A stretch of DNA of 63,648 bases, filler included, from Octopus bimaculoides (GCF_001194135.2; 7 parts of 6 records of this genome joined end to end with filler, not necessarily neighbours in it); one strand, 5' to 3'. Shown: positions 12,921 through 24,580, counted from the whole stretch's first letter. A program made the numbers and translations. Notes: generated by a model from the letters alone, not told the origin.

Positions 12921-14520
12921 TGCCTACAGTAGAAAAGATCATTATTATTATTACTCATATTTATTAATATCTTTTGTGATACTGTAATACAGCATCAGGA
13001 TCTGTTTTTGCCTGTAAACTTTTACCTTTAACATGTAAATGCCCCCACTCTTTCCATAACCATTTCTTTCTCTTGTTTCTATAAATATTTCTCTCTCCCT
13101 ACCTAAACCTATTTCTTTCTCTCCATCTCTCTCCATCTCCCCTTCAGCATCCACATCTCTGCTGTGTTTCCGTCTCTGTTGCTTTTACTTCCTCGCTCTT
13201 TCTTCCCTAAATACCCGCATCTGCTGTGTAGCCGTTTTTCTCTCCCAACCTCTTTATTGCATCTACTCTGTCTCTCCTTCTGTCTCTCTCTCTTTTTATC
13301 TCTCTGATTCTCTCCATCCTACCTCTCTCTCTCTCTCTCCTTCTCTCTCTTCCACAGAGATAGAGATTTACAGCCACGTTTTACACAGGACATTTTAGAT
13401 GTGATCATAATAAAAATGGAAGCTCTTGAGCCAACCATAATAATAGCTCATTGCTCTTTCCTGTGAGGCTAAAACGAGGCAAGTTCAGTTAAGTTAATTA
13501 ATTGCTGTTATTGTTGCTATCACTATTAATTATATTCATTAATATCCCTTATTAGTATCATATTTATAGTTTCTGTTATAGCTGTCACATGGGTGTTGGG
13601 CATTGTTGGGTTTGTCAATGAAAATATGTTTCTTGGATTGCACGAAGAAGTAACTGATTAACACCCATAAACATTTAGCACCGTGCTTCTCAACCATTTT
13701 ATAACTATGGACAGCTTTGGTTCCTGTTTTACTCAGACATTAAATAATTCTAGCAATTCAATGTTTAAAAAAATCCCATTATATTTTTATAACTATTATT
13801 AGGATATAACTGTTCTTATTTTTAAATGATGTCCATTGTCCAGAAATCTTTGGTCCCAGATATTGTTATATTTCATGATGGTAATTTTATTTTTGGCCAA
13901 ATAAACACACGCAATATATATTTGTTCGTGATGTGGCGTACAACTTCTCATTGTCACTCCTCTATCTGATCTGTTATAATATCAAAGGATCTTTTTTAAA
14001 ACGGGGGCCACATTTTTCATTAATGTTTTACGTAGTGTTTTTGGTACCGAAAGACTTTCAAACTTCGTATACTTATCTATTTTGTGTTATAGAACAGAAA
14101 AATATTTTTGTATTCGAATTTATTTCATGTAAAAAATTGTCTTATTTCGATAATTTCAACCAATCACTGACAAGTATTCAGTTGTTTACATTTACTCCTT
14201 TGGCTGATTAAGCCATAGCTTCGTTTTATTTGCTTTTTTCATTTTCTTTTTTTTTTCTTCGTTTTATTTGCTNNNNNNNNNNNNNNNNNNNNNNNNNNNN
14301 NNNNNNNNNNNNNNNNNNNNNNNNNNNNNNNNNNNNNNNNNNNNNNNNNNNNNNNNNNNNNNNNNNNNNNNNNNNNNNNNNNNNNNNNNNNNNNNNNNNN
14401 NNNNNNNNNNNNNNNNNNNNNNNNNNNNNNNNNNNNNNNNNNNNNNNNNNNNNNNNNNNNNNNNNNNNNNNNNNNNNNNNNNNNNNNNNNNNNNNNNNNN
14501 NNNNNNNNNNNNNNNNNNNN

Positions 14521-14848
14521 TTTCGTCTGCCGCTGCGTTCTGAGTTCAAATTCCGCCGAGGTCGACTTTGCCTTTCATCCTTTCGATAGATTAAGTACCA
14601 GTTATGCACTGGGGTCGATATAATTGACTTAATCCGTTTGTCTGTCCTTGTTTGTCCCCTCTGTGTGTAGCCCCTTGTGGGCAATAAAGAAATTAGAAAC
14701 ATTAGCATGCCAGGTGAAATGCTTAGTGGTATTTTGTCTGTCTTTATGTTCTGAGTTCAAATTCCACCGAGGTTGACTTTGCCTTTCATCCTTTCGGGGT
14801 CGATAAATTAAGTACCAGTTGTGCCTAGAGTAGAAAAGAATACCAAAT
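14521..14848 (+). mobile_element. two tandem SINE family B copies
   Basis: ttctgagttcaaattcc(g/a)ccgaggt(c/t)gactttgcctttcatcctttcg occurs twice, at about 14539 and 14750. Confidence 0.85.
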
Positions 14849-15390
14849 GTTCCTGATGTTCTCTTATTGCTCTCCATGTATCTTCAACAAGCAACTCTAC
14901 GATATCTCTATTCAATAATTCCTACGACCTGTACACTATGACTGTGCATATGACACTCTTCCCAGACTGTTCTGCACATGGTGATTTATACTAACTAGGA
15001 TAGTTCACTTAGCCAATCACGGGGGTGTACAGATTCCCCATACAACAGTTCTTCACTCGTTTACTACTGTTCTCATTTTAACAGATATCCATTGTCTGGA
15101 AATCTTTCATCACAGAAATTGTTATATTTCAGAATGGTCATTTTTTTGTAATTTTTTTTTTTTTTTTTGATGCCAAATAAACACACACACTATATATATT
15201 TGTTCTTCACTCATTTATTGCTGTTCTTATTCAAACTGATGTCCATTGTCCAGAAATCTTTTCACACACATCTGTGACCTCTTCAGCAACACTTTCTGTC
15301 CTCCTGCTCCGCTTAGTCCATTCTGTCAGAAAGCGCCACTGAAGAGGTCAAAGATGTGTGATGAAAGATTTCCAAATGATAGACATCAGT

Positions 15391-15730
15391 TAATAATAAT
15401 TGGCCCTTTTCGTCTATGCAGATGGTCAATTTAGCTTAGAGGTCACTTAATCGAATGTATCAGGGGCTTTCTTTCTTGCAGCTTCTTTCATGGCTGATTC
15501 TTCCTATGATTGAAGCACAGCTTCTGTCATAGTACTTGCATAGTGAGAGGGTGGCCCGGTGCTCTGCATTTCTGTTGTTTTCCTTTCGCCTCTGATGCTT
15601 CTCAACTTGTTTGTTTCTATAGCTGCTCTCTAGCGAAGCAGTTCCTTCCTTTACCACAGTCCTCCATGTTGTTCTGTCCTCAGCCCTCTCTTCCCAGGTG
15701 TCAGAAATGCCTATGATGGCTTAACTGTCT
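15391..15730 (-). mobile_element. RTE-clade LINE 3' end
   Basis: DTWEERAEDRTTWRTVVKEG...CKYYDRSCASIIGRISHERSC is an RTE ORF C-terminus with a decayed C2H2-like motif, followed by a short (ATT)n tail. Confidence 0.75.
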
Positions 15731-15789
15731 GAAACTTTGAAGTCCCTATAAATAACATTCTGTATGTATGTATTTAATCTTTTAAATTC

Positions 15790-16075
15790 TTCCTCTGGGG
15801 AAGGTGCTGGTTTCTTACAGAGATACAAATCTCCATCTTTGGAACGTAGATAATGAAAACAATGTCACATCTTAAATCCAAGAAAAGTCTTGCATGGTTT
15901 TACTGTTCTGCTTACAGATTGTATTTGTAATATGAGAATCAGTTGGTGATTTCTTTTTCTAAAAATCCAAGTTTATCCAGACTGACAATTAGGTATTTAT
16001 TTACAAAACCATGTGCTACAATTATTATTGGTAGAAATGTAAATTTGTAAACTGAATATAGAAGCTGAAAGTTTT
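15790..16075 (-). mobile_element. R4/Dong-like LINE 3' end, older copy
   Basis: FQLLYSVYKFTFLPIIIVAHGFVNKYLIVSLDKLGF is a diverged homologue of the adjacent copy. Confidence 0.6.
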
Positions 16076-16094
16076 GTGTATGTATGTATATCAT

Positions 16095-16560
16095 TATTCG
16101 GTTGATTTCAAGATTTCTTGCCAATAGAGAAAGAACCGGTTTCTAACCTAGATCCAAAGATCCTTCATTGGAATTTGAACATCAACAACAGGGTATGTAT
16201 GTATGTATGTATGTATGTATGTATGCATATGTGCAGACTTGTATGTTTTATGTATGTGTTCTCATGCATATAGTTACATATCTAGACATGTTCATATATA
16301 TTTAAATGATAAACTTCTGGAAAGTTTTACAGATTTTTACAGTTCCAGTGATGGATAGGATCTGTAGTCTTCAAATTAGTTTTCTCCTTTCTGGTTTTGA
16401 GAAGCCTAATTTCTCAAGATTGGTATTTAGGCAGTGTGTTACAAATCCCAGGGCCCCAATAATTACAGGTATAAACCTGAACTTGTAATCTGGATGGAGT
16501 AACTGCAGATTTCTCAGTAGTTCAGCATAGCTGTTCTCTTTTACACTGATCTTCAGCTTT
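16095..16560 (-). mobile_element. R4/Dong-like LINE 3' end, younger copy
   Basis: KENSYAELLRNLQLLHPDYKFRFIPVIIGALG...LI*RLQILSITGTVKICKTFQKFII*, then a 3' UTR ending in aataat. Confidence 0.75.
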
Positions 16561-16575
16561 ATGTATGTATGTATG

Positions 16576-16609
<34 letters not shown>

Positions 16610-16637
16610 TGTATGTATGTATGTATGTATGTACGTA

Positions 16638-17205
16638 CGAGGGTGAGTCAAAAAGTAATGCCATTTTGTTTAGGACAGGTATAATTACCAACACAGGTAC
16701 ATGTATCATACATCGAAATGAAGCTGGTCCTCTGTGGATCACATCCCTACTTCTCAGCATAGTCACTGTTTCTCTCAATAGCAATGTTCCACCTTCCAAT
16801 GAGAGCATGTATCTCTGTCCTGTAAAATTCTGTTGACTGTTCTTTGAGCCACTTCTTCACTACAGTTTTCATTTCCCCGTCACTGGAATAATTTAGCTCC
16901 TTCAGACTATCATCTCTTCGAACCCATGAAGGAGGGTTTGAGAGGCAAACATTATTTCAGTGACGAGGAAGTGAAAACTGTAGTGAAGTAGTGGCTCAAA
17001 GAACAGTCAACAGAATTTTACGGGGCAGGGATACATGCTCTCATCCGAAGGTGGAACATTGCTATTGAAAGAAATGGTGACTATGTTGAGAAATAGGAAT
17101 GGGATCCACAGAGAACCAGCTTCATTTTGATGTATAATACATGATCCTGTGTTGGTAATTATACCTGTCCTAAACAAAATGGCGTTACTTTTTGACTTTC
17201 CCTCG
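16638..17205. mobile_element. mariner-derived foldback element with 255-bp inverted arms and TA TSD
   Basis: Termini are TA|cgagggtgagtcaaaaagtaa and ttactttttgactttccctcg|TA. Arms 16638-16892 and 16951-17205 differ at 24 of 255 positions (hand count). The spacer and right arm encode LAPSDYHLF...ERNGDYVEK*. Confidence 0.9.
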
Positions 17206-18146
17206 TATGTATATATGTATTATAGTCTGTATGTCACATAAGACATCAGATCTACACATGTACTGATCATCGTAAAGCACAAACCTTTTTGAAATTTTTA
17301 TAGAAAAACTACAATTGGACACATATGTAAGTTTGTACATAAGTCTTCTTCCCTGATGCTATTGATGTAATCCAATAAAAAACTTAGGACTAATGCAGCT
17401 TATCACAATCATGGCTGTCGGAATGCAAAGAATCAGTAGAGATTTCACAAAGTATCACAATCAATGTTCTAATAATTTGCCGTTCCACTGCAGTGGAGTG
17501 GTGTTTTTTTTGTCAACTCCTAAATGATGGAGAGCAAAGTTCACCTCAGTATAATTTGAAATAACAGTGCAGAGAATCAGCATAGATATCACAAAATAAA
17601 TCTATTTGATGCTCTATCAGTTTTTTTCAGTTTGGCTGTACATGTGTTGGTGCAGCTGTCTTTTCTTTCTCTCTCTATGTGTATAGGAGTTTGTATGTGT
17701 GTGTGTGTGTGTATCCATACATATATGTGTGTGTAAATAGATTTATATATGAGTGTGTGCGCATGTGTGTGTGTGTGTGTGTGTGTGTGCATGTATACAT
17801 ATTCATATATTTATACACACACATGCACACATGCACACACATATAAATATATGTATACATGCATGCATATGTGTGTAAACAGATGTGTTTTTCTTGACTT
17901 AATTAATACTATAATTGACAAATGGATAGTATAACAGAAACCAGCTGTCAAAATGTTCATCTTTCCCTTTAAGACGAAAGAGAATAAATGAGAAATAAAT
18001 TATTTTTCAAATTGACATTTCCAATTAAATTCTGTAGTTGAGGAAGTTTTCAATCAGAAATTATAAAGTATACTGAAATTGTATATATATTTGTGGTTCA
18101 AAAAGTAAGTTACACACATGCTTAATTTAATGTGGTTCATCATACA

Positions 18147-18182
<36 letters not shown>

Positions 18183-18433
18183 TANNNNNNNNNNNNNNNN
18201 NNNNNNNNNNNNNNNNNNNNNNNNNNNNTTAATTAATTAANNNNNNNNNNNNNNNNNNNNNNNNNNNNNNNNNNNNNNNNNNNNACATACATATAAGTAT
18301 ACACACACACACACATATATATAATATATATATGGGTACACACCTATCTATATATATGTATATACATATATATCTGCATATTTCCGTACATGTAGGCATA
18401 TGATTCAGTGCACATGATGTGTGGTTGCATATA

Positions 18434-18483
<50 letters not shown>

Positions 18484-18549
18484 TAGTAATGCTTTGACAC
18501 ATTCAAATACTTCCGTGCTTCCATATTTTTGCTTCATTCTCAATAAATC

Positions 18550-19612
18550 GGTTAACGTTTTTATTTCCGCCGTGTCCCTTCCTGCAACCACGCATCTGCA
18601 CGCACAGGAATCGACGCCTGTATCCAATTAACCGCTGAGGAGGCATGCAATGTCCGGTTTGACGGCACTGTGGGTGGAAAGAAGCTTCCTCCCCCATCAG
18701 ATACGACCGCCTCGTCCTCCACTCTCCGGTCTCACTGACCCGGCCAGCATTTCTCCCTTCGGTGACTCTTACCATGTCCTCATCGACAGGGTTTCTCAAC
18801 AATACAAATGAATCGACAGTGATGTTGCGGGGAGGAGGCGAGGTGGCCTACGTGATGTGGAGCCAGCTTGGCCCCCGCCCTGCCAACGTCCATCCTCCTC
18901 TCCTGTTTATGGATGTACGGTCCCCGCAAATCAAATGAGACGCCATCCAGAGCAACGTGGTCTCCGACAGGCTGCTGCACTGTCTTATCTAGTATCGTCG
19001 GACATGTGAAATCACTCTAGACTGGCCCTCAATTTGATAGCGATTGTTTGTGCATCGGCGATTCCTCGGGTTTTGGCCCCCAGATCTGAGAGCCTCACAA
19101 ACGCCGCTACGGATCCACTACGGGTTCTTCCGGCCTCTACACATTGTCAGGCCATAATAGTTCCGGTTGCTTTCAACATCGTGGTACTCTCAATGAGACC
19201 ATAAAACATAGCCTAGACACAGCAATGTTCCCTTCCCAGGTCGAGCCAGCGGATTAGCCAGAAGGGATGGCAAAAGGCCAGACGGCTTAGCAGTTTTCCC
19301 ATTCCGTGGTGGTAGGCCCATCATCTGGATTACTACACCACGCTGCAAAACCTTCTCCAGCAACAACTACGTGTGTTCGGCAGCCAGTCCAAGCTTCGCT
19401 GCTCGTCAAACCGAGCAGGGCAATAATGTCTCTGAAAGGTTTCGTTGTCGAGGCTGTGACAGTGGAGACATCTGGCGATCTTAGCCCCCGGACTACATCC
19501 ATGCTCACTGCTACGGAGGCAGAGATGGCTATCTGCAAGTACGAGCTTCGTGAGTCGGAGTATCTGTTCCAGTGAGTCTCGCTCGCCATCCTGCGGAGCA
19601 ACGCTTTTTCCA
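18550..19612 (-). mobile_element. GC-rich decayed retroelement, probably L1/Tx1-type APE endonuclease region
   Basis: Three sampled 60-nt lines are 57-62% GC. Broken minus-strand frames (FVRLSDLGP; DFTCPT...GDHVALDGVS) resemble by eye the C-terminal motifs of a Tx1-type endonuclease. The family is not firmly resolved. Confidence 0.4.
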
Positions 19613-20230
19613 TTTTGTCCGCCGAGAATCTTTCTATTGACGACCCCGAAAGGATGAATAACAAAGTTAACCTCAGAAAATTACTATTTGTAAATCTCAC
19701 AACGAGAGATATCCAGCAACTGTACTTTGGTGGTGGTGGTGGTGGTGGTGTGTTAATGTGATGTAACGACATTACTCCACATTACCAAAGCCATACCACA
19801 ACATAATGGAGAGGCAGGGCAAGGAATCGGTGAATTTATTAGTAGCATGCCTAACATTTAATTATCCAATGTGTCCTGCCATTTCCCCCAAGATAATAGG
19901 GATGTTATTTTGAGGGAGATTCGCCGGCTATTTCTTGCATGCACACATGGATAACCTTTATCGAGAAGCGGGCCGCATGAGGCATGATTCATCATCAGGC
20001 GGGCCGTACTACAGAAAAAAAAAAGAAAAATTCAAAGCTGTTTTTGGTAAAGTGTTTCATTCTAAAATACCCGCGGGCCGCAGTTTGTCCTTGACTGCTT
20101 TAGAAGCTGTCAGTTGACCTTAATGTTAAGTCACACATTCATCAGAATAAGAAATATTTCAGGAGTTTTTTTGTAGTGGTCGCCCTCGTTGTCATCATCG
20201 TCATCGTCGTATAGCATCGTCGTATAATAA

Positions 20231-20284
<54 letters not shown>

Positions 20285-21201
20285 ACCTTGTCGTCGTGGT
20301 AGCGGTGGTACGGCTGCTTAGCTCCAACCCAGCTCTGAACCAACAGACCGTGTGATCCATGACATTCCAGCCGTGACCGTCTCGTCTTGTTGGCCGGTAT
20401 TCAAGTAAGAGAAACCCACCCCCACCCCCACCTGATTATTGATTATCTGATGTTTCTTTTTCCCTTCTTTTTCTTNNNNNNNNNNNNNNNNNNNNNNNNN
20501 NNNNNNNNNNNNNNNNNNNNNNNNNNNNNNNNNNNNNNNNNNNNNNNNNNNNNNNNNNNNNNNNNNNNNNNNNNNNNNNNNNNNNNNNNNNNNNNNNNNN
20601 NNNNNNNNNNNNNNNNNNNNNNNNNNNNNNNNNNNNNNNNNNNNNNNNNNNNNNNNNNNNNNNNNNNNNNNNNNNNNNNNNNNNNNNNNNNNNNNNNNNN
20701 NNNNNNNNNNNNNNNNNNNNNNNNNNNNNNNNNNNNNNNNNNNNNNNNNNNNNNNNNNNNNNNNNNNNNNNNNNNNNNNNNNNNNNNNNNNNNNNNNNNN
20801 NNNNNNNNNNNNNNNNNNNNNNNNNNNNNNNNNNNNNNNNNNNNNNNNNNNNNNNNNNNNNNNNNNNNNNNNNNNNNNNNNNNNNNNNNNNNNNNNNNNN
20901 NNNNNNNNNNNNNNNNNNNNNNNNNNNNNNNNGATTTTTGCTGACGTAGATGGCCGGTTGGTGAAAGTTGGTGGGGTGTTATTAATTCCATTTGGTTAGT
21001 TCGACGCTCACACACACACACACACACACACACATTTTAACAGCTGGTGACTAATAGATGATGATGGCGATGATGATGATGATGATGGCGACGACGACGA
21101 TGATGATGATGGTGATGACGACGACGATGATGATGGCATCCCTATTTGCTTTGTGTTCGGCCCTTGTGACCAATAAAGAAACAATTATTATTATTATTAT
21201 A

Positions 21202-21238
<37 letters not shown>

Positions 21239-21306
21239 GTTATTATTACTATTTTCAGTGCTAAATTATTGTTGGCAGAAGACAGAAAAAAAGGGAAGCT
21301 GTCGCC

Positions 21307-21434
21307 ATGAATATTGAACTCTGGATCGGTGTCTTCCCATGGTTGTGCATTTTAGCTTCGTCAACGTCAAGCGTTGTAAACAACACGGACAACGAGCTTG
21401 GTCCCCTTCGGAACGTTTGTGTTTCGACAATATC
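21307..21434 (+). CDS. first coding exon of a putative secreted/membrane EMI-domain protein (MEGF10/Draper/EGFL7-like)
   Basis: Acceptor ttttcag| at 21258, gccATG at 21307, donor TC|GTAAGT at 21435. Encodes MNIELWIGVFPWLCILASSTSSVVNNTDNELGPLRNVCVSTI(S): a signal-peptide-like start, an NNT sequon and the EMI-type RNVC start. Confidence 0.7.
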
Positions 21435-21450
21435 GTAAGTACCATCCTCT

Positions 21451-21529
21451 CAAAAACGTCTATGACCCTAAACCTAACCCTAATCGTATTCCTAATCCTA
21501 ATTCCTCTGTAGTGTCGACGTTTCGTACC
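21451..21529. mobile_element. small MITE-like relic with cctaacc core
   Basis: caaaaacgtc...(cctaac/cctaat)n...gacgtttcgtacc, with imperfect inverted ends. Confidence 0.3.
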
Positions 21530-21790
21530 AGACTGGTTTGGAATGGTATCTTTTATCTTTTACTTGTTTCAGTCATTAGACTATGGACAAACTGGGGCAC
21601 CGCCCTGAAGAATTTTTAGTCTAGTGCAATGGTTCTCAATTAGGGTCCATATGGCTCTTTGGGATCCATATAAAGCTCTGCAATTAATTAGTCGTGCTTT
21701 TACAATACACAAAATATTTTAAGAATCTTTTTATTATACAATTCCTAATATTTCATTATAAAAATATAAGAGGATTTTTTAAACTTAGGC

Positions 21791-21900
21791 GCATGGTTCC
21801 GGGTTCAGACCACCTTAGACGAGAGTCCTCTACTATAGCCTCGTGGCGACCAAAGCCTTGTGAGTGGATTTGGTTGACGGAAACTGAAAGGAGCCCGTCG

Positions 21901-21902
<2 letters not shown>
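21791..21902 (+). mobile_element. SINE family A, partial head and core
   Basis: catggttccgggttcag...ctactatagcc...aaagccttgtgagtggatttgg...gcccgtcg. Confidence 0.75.
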
Positions 21903-21935
<33 letters not shown>

Positions 21936-23027
21936 ATATATATATATATATATAATAATAATACAAAGAATATATATACATGTATACACACATATATGTA
22001 CATACTTACATCTACATGTGTATATACATGCATATCAGGGTACAGGACGTTAGAACAATAAACTACAGACAACGGAACGAACACATAGGAAAACGGAAAG
22101 CCACTTGGAATATCCCTTCATCAGCTGTCTCTATTCTATCTAGACGTTTCGAAGACAAGACAGAACGTACTCTAGAATAGTCTCTNNNNNNNNNNNNNNN
22201 NNNNNNNNNNNNNNNNNNNNNNNNNNNNNNNNNNNNNNNNNNNNNNNNNNNNNNNNNNNNNNNNNNNNNNNNNNNNNNNNNNNNNNNNNNNNNNNNNNNN
22301 NNNNNNNNNNNNNNNNNNNNNNNNNNNNNNNNNNNNNNNNNNNNNNNNNNNNNNNNNNNNNNNNNNNNNNNNNNNNNNNNNNNNNNNNNNNNNNNNNNNN
22401 NNNNNNNNNNNNNNNNNNNNNNNNNNNNNNNNNNNNNNNNNNNNNNNNNNNNNNNNNNNNNNNNNNNNNNNNNNNNNNNNNNNNNNNNNNNNNNNNNNNN
22501 NNNNNNNNNNNNNNNNNNNNNNNNNNNNNNNNNNNNNNNNNNNNNNNNNNNNNNNNNNNNNNNNNNNNNNNNNNNNNNNNNNNNNNNNNNNNNNNNNNNN
22601 NNNNNNNNNNNNNNNNNNNNNNNNNNNNNNNNNNNNNNNNNGTACGACCGTTTCAAGCAACTCCATGCGATTCTTAGAAGTTGTAGTCTATTCTTAGCTA
22701 CAATAGCGACAACATGAATTTCTTCCATCTTCTTGCTCTGTTAAAAATATTTAAGAAAAATTATATTAATGTGTTCTACTTGTTAAAAATTCCATTTATT
22801 TATTTGTGCAGCTGAAGATGGCACTGCATTTAAATTGATGTAATGATTGCATTGTTCAATTAAATGGAGTAGCTTGAAACGGTCGTACTGGATTACTACT
22901 TGATATCCTGTTGCTTATTTTGATTTTACCACTTCTTAGCACTTGGCCTCTTCTCTATTTATTTTCTTTATATTTATTTATTTAATCATTTATTAATTTA
23001 TTTATTTTCTCTTTTCCTTTTCTCTAG

Positions 23028-23120
23028 ACACACTGTTACATATTTGGAGCGTGTATATCACACCAGAATTGTCCACACACGAAAATGTAAATTGATTGTG
23101 TTTTGTAAAACCGTATACAG
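23028..23120 (+). CDS. second coding exon of the putative EMI-domain protein
   Basis: Strong polypyrimidine acceptor ttttctcttttccttttctctag| and donor CAG|GTAAGG. The 93-nt exon is phase 2/2 and open in the frame required by the 21307 exon: HTVTYLERVYHTRIVHTRKCKLIVFCKTVY(R/S). Confidence 0.7.
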
Positions 23121-23204
23121 GTAAGGAACGTACCTAGTTTCTATAGCTTCTATCCTTTACTTCTTTCCGTTGTTGGACTGCTGCGGCCATGCTGGGGTAT
23201 CGCG

Positions 23205-23378
23205 AAAAGGCCTATTTGGAGTCCAAACTTTCTGAGTTCTTTTACAGGGCTTAGAAAAACTGAAGGACTGCTGCAATAAGTGTGTGAATCTGAGAGGGGG
23301 ATATGTTGAATAAAATCGTAATTAGCTGATCCTCCTGTATTTTCTTTTATCCAAAGCCAGGAACTTTTCAGCATCCCA
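23205..23378 (+). mobile_element. mariner transposon 3' fragment (same family as 3061)
   Basis: LEKLKDCCNKCVNLRGGYVE* followed by the same TIR-like end, cut by a gap. Confidence 0.7.
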
Positions 23379-23659
23379 NNNNNNNNNNNNNNNNNNNNNN
23401 NNNNNNNNNNNNNNNNNNNNNNTTAATTAATTAANNNNNNNNNNNNNNNNNNNNNNNNNNNNNNNNNNNNNNNNNNNNGGTGCTGTTTTGTACTTGTTGA
23501 TGTTTTTTGCAAATATTTACGCTTTTAAAGAGGACGTACGAGTCGATACATGGATTGATAAGGGAGAATACTCAGTGTAACTATAAAAAAAGAAATAAAG
23601 GGAGGTAATAGAAATGTCATTCCCAAGCAATTTTAATATTTTTTTTTGTTAGAAAGGCG

Positions 23660-23850
23660 GTGAGCTGGGGTGTTGGTGTATTTACGTTTCCGTAACTTAA
23701 CGGTTCGGCAAAAGAGACGGATGGGATAAGTACTAGGCTTTAAAAAAAAGTAATAAGTCCTGGGTTCGATTTGCTCGACTAAAACCCATCAAGGCCGTTC
23801 TTAACATTACTGCAGTCAAATGACTGAAACAAGTAAAAGATTAAAAGACT
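23660..23850 (+). mobile_element. SINE family A, 3' half
   Basis: ggtgtatttacgtttccgtaacttaacggttcggcaaaagag...cagtcaaatgactgaaacaagtaaaaga. Confidence 0.75.
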
Positions 23851-23934
23851 ACATACATACACACATACATACATACTGTATCTTGAAACTCATTCAGGAG
23901 TATTACTACATGCAGGGGTGGTGATGGAGAGGGC

Positions 23935-24102
23935 TAACAGATTACATCGACCCCAGTACTTGACTGCTACTATTTAATCGAACCCGAAACGATGAAAGGT
24001 AAAGTCGACCTCGGTGAAATTTGAACTTAGAACACAAAGACAGACGAAATATCGCTAAGCATTTCGCCCTCCGTGCTAACGATTCTGTCAGCTTACCGCC
24101 TT
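23935..24102 (-). mobile_element. SINE family B copy
   Basis: Reverse complement of the family consensus seen at 24278. Confidence 0.8.
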
Positions 24103-24277
24103 CCGAACCTGAATTGTACGAACACTTGGTGGCGCCATTGTCTCTAATGGGACCTCTATGGTGATTCATTTACTATGTCTAGAACTCTCGTTTCAGTGAA
24201 GTAAGGACCTGTATTTTTCAGTTCGAATATTTAAATAAAGACCGCTAACAGCGCTGAACAATAAATTTATGTCATTA

Positions 24278-24446
24278 GGCGGCGAGCTGGCAGAAACGTT
24301 AGCACGCCGGGCGAAATGCTTTGCGGTATTTCGTCTGTCTTTACGTTCTGAGTTCAAATTCCGCCGAGATCGACTTTCGGGGTCGATAAATTTAGTACCA
24401 GTTGCGTACTGAGGTCGATTTAATCGACTGGCTTCCTCCCCAAAAA
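24278..24446 (+). mobile_element. SINE family B reference copy (tRNA-like head, Nin/Deu-like core)
   Basis: ggcggcgagctggcagaaacgttagcacgccgggcgaaatgc...gagttcaaattccgccgag...ggggtcgataaa...gtaccagttgcgtactg. More than 15 recognisable copies or fragments occur in the window. Confidence 0.85.
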
Positions 24447-24580
24447 TGTCACATTGAGTTGCTTCCCTTTATACAATTATCGTATTACATATTTGCGTTA
24501 TGTATATTAAAGGGAGCCTACTCCATTTTCCGATAGACATTTGTATTTTATCTTTGTTTCAATCGTTGGCATGTGGCTGG

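Noticed and set aside
21466-21505. Telomere-like cctaaccctaa
   Set aside because: Only a few degenerate units, inside a small inverted-repeat relic; not an interstitial telomere array.
23531-23600. Possible third exon of the EMI gene (RTYESIHGLIRENTQC...)
   Set aside because: The first AG gives a stop in the required phase. The attractive frame needs a second AG 2 nt downstream, and the CC(P)G motif is absent.
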